Assembly (NCBI GenBank): GCA_041665485.1 | Contig: JBAYIT010000001.1 | Coordinates: 73,884 to 137,883 of the forward strand | Reading direction: 5' to 3' | Source of the DNA: Candidatus Shapirobacteria bacterium | GTDB taxonomy: Bacteria; Patescibacteriota; Microgenomatia; UBA12405 | Length of the DNA stretch: 64,000 nt | In this document: positions 9,970 to 18,060 of the stretch, one piece after another | Layout: each line of letters opens with the position of its first letter | How positions within the stretch are numbered: position 1 is the first letter of the stretch | Notes under the pieces: generated by a model | Databases searched by the model: none | Seen by the model: only the letters and a program-made list of their open reading frames with translations | Told to the model about the DNA's origin: nothing | Position numbers and translations under genes: made by a program

Positions 9970-10642
9970 TCGGGTCTTTCATCAGATTCAGCTCAAAGGC
10001 TTCAATTCTGGCCTTACAGTTACTACAATGGCCGCAAGCAACCTCTGTTCCGTTATGGCAGGACCAGGTAAATTCAAACGGAACCTTCATGTTGTTACCC
10101 AATTTTATTGCCCCGGTTTTATCCGTTTCGGTCAGTGGGTGAAAAATCTTAATGTCTTTCTTCAACATCGTTCCCTTTTCAACTACTTTTTGGTAAGCAT
10201 CAATAAATTCAGGACTATTGTCTGGGCATATGTGGTCGCCTCCGGTTGACCCAACTACAATTATGTCCGCACCTTGGACCTCCGCCAAAGCCGTAGCTAC
10301 CCCAAGGAATATCGAATTTCGAAAAGGAACATATTCCAATCGAAAGTTTCTCTCATCAAGCGGTATATTTTTATCCAGCAATGCCGAACCGCCAAAATTT
10401 TTGATCCAAGGAAGATCTACTTTGTAAACTTGTTTAACTTTCCAATGTTTGACTAATTGATCCAAGCACCACTCTTCTTTTTCTGCTGTTTTTTGTCCAT
10501 ATCTAAGAAATAAAAAAATCGGCTGATAACCCTGCTCGATGGCCATCGCCGTCGCCACTGTGCTGTCTAAACCACCACTAATTAAACAAACTGCCTTTTT
10601 TTGTTCAGTTGTCATTATGTCCTCCTTTTTGGACCAAACCAT
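9947..10642 (-). CDS. queC: 7-cyano-7-deazaguanine synthase
   Basis: PP-loop 'LISGGLDST' and C-terminal zinc motif 'CGHCSNCKAR'. Confidence 0.85.
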   Translation of the reverse strand: MVWSKKEDIMTTEQKKAVCLISGGLDSTVATAMAIEQGYQPIFLFLRYGQKTAEKEEWCLDQLVKHWKVKQVYKVDLPWIKNFGGSALLDKNIPLDERNFRLEYVPFRNSIFLGVATALAEVQGADIIVVGSTGGDHICPDNSPEFIDAYQKVVEKGTMLKKDIKIFHPLTETDKTGAIKLGNNMKVPFEFTWSCHNGTEVACGHCSNCKARIEAFELNLMKDPIAYKSES

Positions 10643-11430
10643 ATTAATTGATTTCTCTCAATAATTCTCCACCCTCGGCTATTTGTGTCTTTTTGAACCA
10701 ACGTCTGATGTTCGGTCACTGCCTCTTTAGTTAATCCTTCCGGCATTATTAAGACCCTTTTGGGGTTTAAGTTACAACTTTCAACTATTTCTTCGATTTC
10801 CTTCAGATCTTCAACTCGGCTGACGACAAATTTAAACCATCCAACTGGCCACCCATTAATCAGACTTAAAACCTCGGGCCTAAATCTCAATTTTTTCTCA
10901 TTACCACTGTTGGCTAATTTGGGTGAACAGTTTATTTGACATTGAATCAATTCTGGACTCGGTTTGATCGTGCCATTGGTTTCAATTTCCACTTGCCAAT
11001 CTTTCATTTGGTTTAACAACTTAACAATCAAGTCTTGTTGTAACAAGGGTTCACCGCCGGTTATGACCACCCTTTTTTGGATATTTTTATCCAGCCCAAA
11101 TTTATCCACCCAAGCTTTTTCAATTTCTATTTTTGTTTTTTCTATACTCCAATCTTCTGGTTCCTGCCAGTATTCCGCTCTTTTGGTGTCCCACGTATAT
11201 CCTGTGTCACACCTCCATCCGTTTGGAAAACCACAATGAAGGTTACAAAACTGTAATCTTAAAAACACTGCCGGGCAACCAGCGGTACCTCCTTCAGATT
11301 CCAGTAGACCTTCTCCCTGAAGGGTAGCAAACACTTTATCTCCCGACACTTTAAAAAAATCGAGCTTCCGAGCTGACTTTAACAAGTCACCCTTAGTGGG
11401 TTTATAAACAACGCTAGATTGTTTTTTCAT
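10615..11430 (-). CDS. queE: 7-carboxy-7-deazaguanine synthase (radical SAM)
   Basis: QueE-type cluster motif 'CNLHCGFPNGWRCDTGYTWD' and 'ITGGEPLL'. Confidence 0.8.
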   Translation of the reverse strand: MKKQSSVVYKPTKGDLLKSARKLDFFKVSGDKVFATLQGEGLLESEGGTAGCPAVFLRLQFCNLHCGFPNGWRCDTGYTWDTKRAEYWQEPEDWSIEKTKIEIEKAWVDKFGLDKNIQKRVVITGGEPLLQQDLIVKLLNQMKDWQVEIETNGTIKPSPELIQCQINCSPKLANSGNEKKLRFRPEVLSLINGWPVGWFKFVVSRVEDLKEIEEIVESCNLNPKRVLIMPEGLTKEAVTEHQTLVQKDTNSRGWRIIERNQLIWFGPKRRT

Positions 11431-11550
11431 TTGCAGGTTTTATTGGCTCACCTTCGTGAGGTCCTGCTACCGCTGTAGGTTTTAATGGTCCGCCCATTAA
11501 GAGCGGGACACCTACCACCGTAGTTGGGAGAATCTTAGCTAATTGCAATA
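11431..11550 (-). promoter_or_regulatory. promoter (TTGACA-17-TAAGAT) plus roughly 95-nt structured leader of the queE operon
   Basis: Read on the minus strand: 'TTGACAAAGATATTGCAATTAGCTAAGAT', then leader hairpins CUACGGUGGUAG, CCGCUC-UUAAU-GGGCGG, CUACAGCGGUAG and CUCAC-GAAG-GUGAG before the ATG. Confidence 0.5.
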
Positions 11551-11603
11551 TCTTTGTCAAGATACATGTTTTTTACGAACAGAGAGATGATCGCCCTATG
11601 TTT

Positions 11604-11801
11604 TTATGAGATAATCCAGCGATCTAACAATGTATTTGGTGAAACTCCAGCCTTTCTGGCATTAATTGTTGTCTGATTTATTGCTCGACCGTTTGGTGTT
11701 TGAGGTGTGCCCTTTCGATAAATTTTATCTATTGTTTCTCGGCTCATTCTTTTTAAAAATATTTCGGGATTGTCTTGAAAACCGAGGGAAGTGGAGAACA
11801 A
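11604..11801 (-). pseudogene. ORF fragment / gene remnant downstream of the disrupted helicase
   Basis: A 65-aa ORF with an HTH-like tail 'ARKAGVSPNTLLDRW'. Neighbouring frames contain only short broken ORFs. Confidence 0.25.
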
Positions 11802-11919
11802 AAATTTTGTTTCTGGGGAAAAATCATAAAACGATTTTAAAACTGCCTTTTGTCTGTCTTTTGGGAGTGTAAAAAAGTGCTGATCAACTTGGAAAATGGC
11901 GTGATCATTTCATATTTTA

Positions 11920-14097
11920 TCAAAAAAGTCCCAACTGGTTTTCACAATTAATTTTCTTTTTAGCTGGACTAAAAATTTTATTTAGTCCCAAAGTTCGGTA
12001 AGTTCGTAAACGTTTGAAATACATAATTTTAAGCATTGGTACTTGATCATCAAAATAGTCATAAATCGTAGCGTTGGTTTTTCCCTCAAAACTTCGTTGA
12101 ACTCTACCCACATATTGGATTAGTTTTCCTTTCCACGAAAACGGAAAAGCTAAAAATAGATGTGACACTGCCGGCCAATCAAAACCTTCGCCGATTAATT
12201 TACCCGTAGCAATTAGTAGTTAAAATTGTTTTTGGTTAATTCGTTTAGCAATTCGTTCTCTCTGCTTTTTAGTCATCACTCCAGTAGCTATGGCAGCCTG
12301 AACACCTTTAGTTTATTGTCGAATGAGATCCAGTAGTGTGTGACAGTGGTCGAGACGTTCAGTTAATACTAAGCACTTAGCTCCGGTATTTAACGCATCG
12401 ATAATATCGTCAGTAATTTGATTGTTACGATCAGGGTCGGATATAACTAATCGACAGGCTTCTTGAAAATCTTCTAATTTTACATTAGCTTTAAACTGTG
12501 TTTTTCGAGTGATTAAATCGGTTTTTACGATTTGGTTGGAGTTTTCACTGTTATCAATATTTTCCGTAGTTGCTTTGACTATTTGATAGCTAACATACAA
12601 AAACATCAGTTTTTCTAATTTATCTTTACGATAAGTGGTGGCGGTTAATCCTAAAACATGTTTAGAAGGGAATTGTCTGACGACAGTACTAAAAGTATTG
12701 GCCGGGGCATGATGGCATTCGTCAATAATAATTAACCCAAAATCATTTTTAATTTCATCAACCCCTCGTCTGGATAAAGTCATGTAGGAAGCAATGGTTA
12801 CTTTTTTACCAACACTCCATTTGTTATCGCCAATAATGCCTATATCAAGTTTTGAAAGAGAAAAATAATCAGTAATTCGTTTTTGCCATTGATGGAGCAG
12901 AGTGTTAGTGTGAACAATAATTAAAGTTTTTTGACCCAGTTTTTTCATTAACGCTAGAGCGACCATAGTTTTACCAAAACCAGGTTGAGCTTCCAAAATA
13001 ACTCGGTCATGAGGTAGTAACTGATGTAAAACTTGTTTTTGATCTTTACGAAGGATCAGTTTAGACGGGAAACGTACTTGTTTTGTAGTTACTCGATTAT
13101 CAACAGCCTCGATTTTTATCTGTTCTTTTTGACAAAATTTATTTAGTTTTTCCAAAAATCCCAAAGGAACTCCTATTCCATCTGGCAATCTCTCGAGGGT
13201 TTTAATAAATCGAGGGGTGTTCCAAGTGGAATAACCAAATCGTTCTTTGGTGTAAAAGTCAGGGTTGGGAAAATTTAATTCTTTTTTGAGGTATTTATAC
13301 AGTTTGTCGGGTAAATGAGTGCTAGGAATAAATATGTTTGACCCTAAAATCAATTTAGTTTCTTGATTTTGAGTTGTGGTAACAGGTAGCTCTTCAACAT
13401 TTTCATCGGGCTGGTTAGGCAGATCGTCGATTGTTTTATTGCTGGATAGTTGAAGATATTGATTGATTTCTTGTAAAGATGTTCTTCGAATTGACTGTAG
13501 ATATTGCCATTGATCAGGAATCTCTTGACCATCTGAGTTAATAAAAACGGTTGTGTTGTTTGTGACAAATTTCCCATTAAGTGGCAAACAAATTAAATTT
13601 CCATAACCTTTACCGGTATGTTCATCTTGGCTGGGAAACATTCGATCAAATGTTTTTCGATCTTGGACTCCTGCCTGGTTTAATAGTAATTTACCCATTT
13701 GTCGGGCTAGATGAGCCGGAATTTGCCCGTTAAAGAAAAACCAGACATGACCACCATTGCCCGATTTTGACCGTTCTATGGCACAAAATAGATCATTGTT
13801 AAAAGCTTTAATGGTTACTTTTTGAGCCAAAATCAACCAATCTGGTCCGTCAAAATCGATGGCTAAAAAAGTAGTGGTGTTGTCTGGAAATAATGGATAA
13901 ACGCCAATTACCTGTTTTCCGTCTAAGTGTGATTGAATAACCGAATCTGTCAATGCTAAGGGGCTTTGATTTAGTCGAAAAACTGGAGCGTAACCAGACT
14001 TCTTCTTCGGTAAATCTTCCCAATAACGGGCAAAGACATCGTCTCGGGTGTCAAAGAGAGAACGATAAAGTTTAATATTTTCAGCCGAAATGCTCAT
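11920..14097 (-). pseudogene. primase-polymerase (AEP) / SF2 DExH helicase fusion, disrupted by two in-frame TAA codons
   Basis: N-terminal AEP motifs 'LAIDFDG', 'SKSGNGGHVWFFF' and 'ICLPLNGK'. Helicase motif I 'QPGFGKTM', motif II 'DECHH', motif VI 'QYVGRVQR' and 'LLIATGKLIGEGFDWP'. A single frame runs from 14097 to 11920 and is interrupted only by TAA at 12313-12315 and 12220-12222. Confidence 0.6.
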
Positions 14098-14278
14098 AAA
14101 TCTCTAGTATTTTACCTCTTAAAGAGCAATAATCCAACAATCTCCCTACAGATTGGCAGTTTCGTGCTTCTATATATCAAACAGTATCACTGTTTTAAGA
14201 CACTCCTTTTTTATGGTGTCTCATTTGTCTCGTTTAGCTTCAAAACTTTAATAGAATGAGACAGTGGGGAAGAGGGTG

Positions 14279-14326
14279 TTATAAGGACAGAAAGGTTCCA
14301 GACCCTAATGCTCCGCCAGATGAATA
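14279..14326 (+). repeat. copy 1 of the conserved intergenic motif of about 45 nt
   Basis: See the copy at 27010-27055. Confidence 0.55.
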
Positions 14327-14514
14327 AAAAAAATCAAGCCATAATTCGTATGAAAGAATTAGATGGCGATACTCCTGAAAGAATTAACGAACTAAAGACT
14401 CTTCTTGAAGACTCAGAAAAAGGTGAGAGGATAGATTCTATTAAGTCTTGGCTTACTATTGGAATTTCTATTGTCGCTTTGATAATTAGTGTTTTAGTTG
14501 CTGTTTTTAAGTAG
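14308..14514 (+). CDS. small membrane-anchored protein
   Basis: C-terminal TM segment 'WLTIGISIVALIISVLVAVF'. The start may be the ATG at 14320. Its 5' region is a repeated motif also found at 27010. Confidence 0.4.
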   Translation: MLRQMNKKNQAIIRMKELDGDTPERINELKTLLEDSEKGERIDSIKSWLTIGISIVALIISVLVAVFK

Positions 14515-14600
14515 TTAATTCATACGTATAAATAGCTTCCAAACCCGCCTGTTTCGAGCCTGCTGAGAGAAGTGCAATGGGGTGGTGATAAAATTGTCGC

Positions 14601-15002
14601 ATGGAAGACTGTATTTTTTGTAAAATTATTGCTGGTCAAGCAAGATCTTGGAAAGTTTTTGAGAACAATTTCGTATATGCATTTTTAGATATTCATCCAG
14701 CAAATAAATACCACGCCCTAGTTGTCCCCAAAAAACATTATAAAAATATTTTTGATATTCCTGAAGAAGAATTCCTGGAAGTAATGAAAGTAGTGAAAAA
14801 ATTAACAACTTTATATAACACCAAATTAGGAATAGAAAATGTTCAAATAATTAATAGTTCTGGGTCGGAAGCTCAACAGGATGTATTCCACTGTCATTTT
14901 CATATCGTTCCAAGAAGGCTGGGGGATGGACAAGATGTCAAATGGATCACCCACCCAGAATGGGTTGAAGAATATGACCGAATGTTGTTAGATATTCGAT
15001 AG
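14601..15002 (+). CDS. HIT-family (histidine triad) nucleotide hydrolase
   Basis: Histidine triad 'HCHFHIVPR' and N-terminal 'CIFCKII'. Confidence 0.8.
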   Translation: MEDCIFCKIIAGQARSWKVFENNFVYAFLDIHPANKYHALVVPKKHYKNIFDIPEEEFLEVMKVVKKLTTLYNTKLGIENVQIINSSGSEAQQDVFHCHFHIVPRRLGDGQDVKWITHPEWVEEYDRMLLDIR

Positions 15003-15053
15003 GAGTTAATAAGGGTGGAACGAAAAACAAAGAATTTATGCTAAGATGGAGAT

Positions 15054-15593
15054 ATGAAGGAGAAAACAGGAAGGGTGGAAGTGACTAATTTGGAGGACTT
15101 AAACGAAGAGAAGGTTTTAGTGGAATGGGAGGCGGTGGAGCGGTCGTATCAGGAGAGGGATCGGGATTTTTGGGTGACGGCAATTGCCCTCCTTGTTTTA
15201 GTATCGGTAATTTTGTTTTTCATTAAGGAATTCTTTTTAATTATCGCTTTGGGGTCGGTATTATTTTTGTATTATGTCCTGTCGACAGTACCCCCTGGAA
15301 AAGTAAAGAATAAGTTGACTAACCGAGGGGTTTATTTTGGCGAATCAAGATATGAGTGGGGGTGGCTGGAGCGGTTCTGGTTTGGAAAAAGTTTGAGTAG
15401 CAAAATGGTCCATTTTGAGACAAAACTACGTTTTCCCAGGCAAATTTCGTTGGTTATAAATCCGGAGGATGAGGAGGAAATTAAGGCTGTGGTGGTAAAA
15501 AGGATTCCCCTTTTGGAGGCTTCGCCAACATTTGTGGATAAAGTAACGAAGTGGTTTGGAGAAAGATTGCCTTTGGAGAATCGGAATAAGTAA
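15054..15593 (+). CDS. hypothetical membrane protein
   Basis: Two adjacent hydrophobic helices. No recognisable motif. Confidence 0.4.
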   Translation: MKEKTGRVEVTNLEDLNEEKVLVEWEAVERSYQERDRDFWVTAIALLVLVSVILFFIKEFFLIIALGSVLFLYYVLSTVPPGKVKNKLTNRGVYFGESRYEWGWLERFWFGKSLSSKMVHFETKLRFPRQISLVINPEDEEEIKAVVVKRIPLLEASPTFVDKVTKWFGERLPLENRNK

Positions 15594-15607
15594 AACAGGC
15601 TTGACTT

Positions 15608-15616
15608 TGGTATAAT
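15608..15616 (+). promoter_or_regulatory. extended -10 element (TGGTATAAT) upstream of the tRNA
   Basis: A TGnTATAAT match 10 nt upstream of the tRNA 5' end. Confidence 0.35.
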
Positions 15617-15625
15617 TTCGCTGTT

Positions 15626-15697
15626 GCGCCCATAGTTCAATGGATAGAATGGTTGTTTGCGGAACAATTGATCCAGGTCCGATTCCTGGTGGGCGTA
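15626..15697 (+). tRNA. tRNA-Arg(GCG): tRNA-Arg (anticodon GCG as read)
   Basis: Manual cloverleaf. Acceptor GCGCCCA/TGGGCGT, D-stem GTTC/GAAT, anticodon stem GTTGT/ACAAT, loop TTGCGGA, T-stem CCAGG/CCTGG with T-loop TCCGATT (C at position 55), discriminator A. Confidence 0.7.
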
Positions 15698-15698
15698 C

Positions 15699-16712
15699 AT
15701 GGAAAACAATACTTTGACGTCGTTGGCTGGAGTATTAGTTGGACAGACTGAGGACTTAAAAAGTTTAACTGGGTGTACGGTGGTGGCATTTGAAAGACCG
15801 ATTAATGTGGCTTGTGTCTCCTTGGGAGGAGCGGCAACAACGTACAACACCGAAAGTTTAAAACTCGATAAAAACTATTACCAGAAACACGCGATTTTTA
15901 TGACTGACGGGGCGATGTCTGGCCTAGAAGCTAGCTACTGGATTGCAAAAGGTTTAAGAGAAAAGAATGTGGGATGGAAAATGGGAAAGACTATAAACCC
16001 ATCAATGACTGGTGTTTGTATAATGGGATTCGAAAATAGTAGATTTGATCCAGAATTGGGATACAGGGCGGTAATTAGTTTGTCAAAAAACACGGTGGAA
16101 AGTGGAAATGTCGGAGTAGGAATAGGGGCGGGGGTAGGAAAATTTTCATGGACTGATTCGGGAAAGTGTTTGGGGATGAAGGGTGGAATTGGGTCGGCGA
16201 AAATTGATTTGGGTAAGGGGGCAGTGGTGTGTGCCTTAACAGTAGTTAATGCTCTGGGAAATGTGGTTGATAAAAACGGGGAAATAATGGCTGGAAATAG
16301 GAACGACAATAAAGACGGTGGATTTAAATTTAGGACTTTTGAAGGATTGTCAAAATGGGCAATAGAAAATCAAAATACGACGATATCGGTAGTCGGGACA
16401 AATATTAAGTTGCCACTGTTGCAACAAGATTTAACAAAAGTGGCTCAAATTGCCACTCATGGCCAGATTCGAGCAATTAAACCAGTTAATACTTCGCTTG
16501 ATGGCGATACTGTGTTTGCTTTTTCGACCCAAGAAATTGATATCGAGGGAATAAACTTTGGAGATGAATGGTGGAAGTTGTCGGCAGATATTGTTGGTCA
16601 GGCGGCGGCAGATGCAGTCCAGGAAAGTATATATGATGCCTGTAAGTCGGCGAAAACAGTTAAGTGGGGAAAGGGGTATCAAGGAATTATTCCGGCAATT
16701 GGCGATTATTGA
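15699..16712 (+). CDS. peptidase family S58 (DmpA / L-aminopeptidase-like)
   Basis: 'LTGCTVVAFE' N-terminal region and Gly-rich core typical of the DmpA/P1 aminopeptidase family. The ATG lies 2 nt after the tRNA 3' end. Confidence 0.6.
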   Translation: MENNTLTSLAGVLVGQTEDLKSLTGCTVVAFERPINVACVSLGGAATTYNTESLKLDKNYYQKHAIFMTDGAMSGLEASYWIAKGLREKNVGWKMGKTINPSMTGVCIMGFENSRFDPELGYRAVISLSKNTVESGNVGVGIGAGVGKFSWTDSGKCLGMKGGIGSAKIDLGKGAVVCALTVVNALGNVVDKNGEIMAGNRNDNKDGGFKFRTFEGLSKWAIENQNTTISVVGTNIKLPLLQQDLTKVAQIATHGQIRAIKPVNTSLDGDTVFAFSTQEIDIEGINFGDEWWKLSADIVGQAAADAVQESIYDACKSAKTVKWGKGYQGIIPAIGDY

Positions 16713-16714
16713 GA

Positions 16715-16951
16715 ATGAAAATAAAAGACAAAACCAAAGAACTATTGACCGAGGCGAAGAGATTGGAAGAAAAGATCAAGAAACTTGATGAAAAGTATCA
16801 GGAGTTAGAAATGGATAATGAGGATACCTGGGGCGGACACGATGGGCCAATGGCTTTGGGTTATGAAAATGAAAGAAAGCTTTGGGAGGCGCAATTGAAG
16901 GAAATAGCTCTGGAATTGGAAAAAATGGGATATCAGGATAAAATAGGATAG
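16715..16951 (+). CDS. small coiled-coil protein
   Basis: Lys/Glu-rich heptad-like sequence. Starts at an internal ATG of the 16664 ORF. Confidence 0.35.
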   Translation: MKIKDKTKELLTEAKRLEEKIKKLDEKYQELEMDNEDTWGGHDGPMALGYENERKLWEAQLKEIALELEKMGYQDKIG

Positions 16952-16962
16952 TTTCTAGAAAT

Positions 16963-17046
16963 GGAGGGTTGGCCGAGTGGTTCATGGCGCACGCCTCGAA
17001 AGCGTGTGGGTGAAAGCCCGCAGAGGTTCAAATCCTCTACCCTCCG
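16963..17046 (+). tRNA. tRNA-Ser(CGA): tRNA-Ser (anticodon CGA)
   Basis: Acceptor GGAGGGT/ACCCTCC, anticodon stem CACGC/GCGTG with loop CTCGAAA, long variable arm, T-arm AGAGG-TTCAAAT-CCTCT. Confidence 0.8.
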
Positions 17047-17048
17047 CC

Positions 17049-17090
17049 TTCGTCCCGACAAAGTCGGGACTTCGGCGGACAATGTCCGCA
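17049..17090 (+). terminator. two consecutive GC hairpins after the tRNA
   Basis: GTCCCGAC-AAA-GTCGGGAC followed by GCGGAC-AAT-GTCCGC. Confidence 0.4.
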
Positions 17091-17097
17091 TAACAAG

Positions 17098-17340
17098 ATG
17101 ATTACCAGACAAAAATACCCTATACCCGACTTTGTTCGGCAGACGTTAGAAAAAGAAGTTTTGTGGACAAAATATCAGGAAAGGCCGGAATATCAAAGAA
17201 ACGACTATGTTGGTTGGATTGCTAGAGCAAAACGAGAAGAAACAAAACAAAAGAGATTAGACCAAATGATTGAGGAGTTAAGAGGCGGGGACAGATATAT
17301 GAAAATGAAATGGAAAGTGAGAAAATTAAAATATGAATAA
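17098..17340 (+). CDS. hypothetical protein (80 aa)
   Basis: ORF with basic and acidic C-terminal helix. No motif recognised. Confidence 0.4.
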   Translation: MITRQKYPIPDFVRQTLEKEVLWTKYQERPEYQRNDYVGWIARAKREETKQKRLDQMIEELRGGDRYMKMKWKVRKLKYE

Positions 17341-17785
17341 CCAAACAATAAAACCAACTGGGTGTTGTCCAGTGTTTGATCCAAAGCTTTGGGATGGCAA
17401 AGAAGTTGTCTGGAAAGACAAAAAATTTATAAAAGATCAGGTTTTAACGGTGTTTTATATACCAGTGAATTTTGGGGCAGTGATGACCCGAGCAACTAAA
17501 AAAGTCGAAGAGGCGGGAGGTAACTTTGTTGATGGATTAGTTTTGTCGGAGTCGGTTTCAAAATGGAAAATGGATGTATGTTTGGCGGTGGATAAGGAAA
17601 TCGCCGGGGCGGAAAATGTTAAAATTTCGGGAAAATTTATAAGTAAAGTTTATGAGGGTGACTTTAAAGATATGGGCAAATGGATGGCCCAACAACCAAA
17701 AAGCCGGTATGTGTGGTACACAACTTGCCCGAAGTGCGCCAAAGTGTATGGTAAAAATTATGTGGTGATTTTTCGAGAAGTGTGA
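17333..17785 (+). CDS. hypothetical protein
   Basis: ORF overlapping neighbours by 8 nt and 4 nt. Cys pairs 'GCCP' and 'CPKC'. Confidence 0.4.
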   Translation: MNNQTIKPTGCCPVFDPKLWDGKEVVWKDKKFIKDQVLTVFYIPVNFGAVMTRATKKVEEAGGNFVDGLVLSESVSKWKMDVCLAVDKEIAGAENVKISGKFISKVYEGDFKDMGKWMAQQPKSRYVWYTTCPKCAKVYGKNYVVIFREV

Positions 17786-18051
17786 AAAAGTTAACTGATT
17801 TACCAAATATTGGGAAAGTAACGGCGGAGAAGCTTGAGAAAATCGGAATAAAAACTCCTGACGATTTTTTAGCCCACGACCCATATCGGATTTTTGACGA
17901 ACTTTTAGAAAAAGTTGATCCAACTTTGTGCCGATGTGCCTTGGCGGGAATTATTGGCGCCCATAAGGGGAAAAAATGGAACTTGGTGATGAAGGAGGCG
18001 GTGGCTAAATTTGAAAAAGATCATCCCGGCCATAAATGGATTAGTTGCTAA
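17782..18051 (+). CDS. TfoX C-terminal-domain-like HhH protein
   Basis: 'LTDLPNIGKVTAEKLEKIGI' helix-hairpin-helix typical of the TfoX/Sxy C-terminal domain. Confidence 0.5.
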   Translation: MKKLTDLPNIGKVTAEKLEKIGIKTPDDFLAHDPYRIFDELLEKVDPTLCRCALAGIIGAHKGKKWNLVMKEAVAKFEKDHPGHKWISC

Positions 18052-18060
18052 TAAATATTT

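Noticed and set aside
11431-11550. Calling the queE leader a preQ1-I riboswitch outright
   Set aside because: The stem-loop, tail and pseudoknot potential exist. However, the loop length (5 nt) and tail sequence do not match the preQ1-I consensus by eye. It is kept only as a candidate needing covariance-model testing.
12220-12315. Stop-codon recoding (TAA read as sense) to explain the two in-frame TAA codons in the helicase
   Set aside because: TAA functions as a normal stop for many conserved genes in this window, including rubrerythrin and pepF. Pseudogenisation is the more economical explanation.
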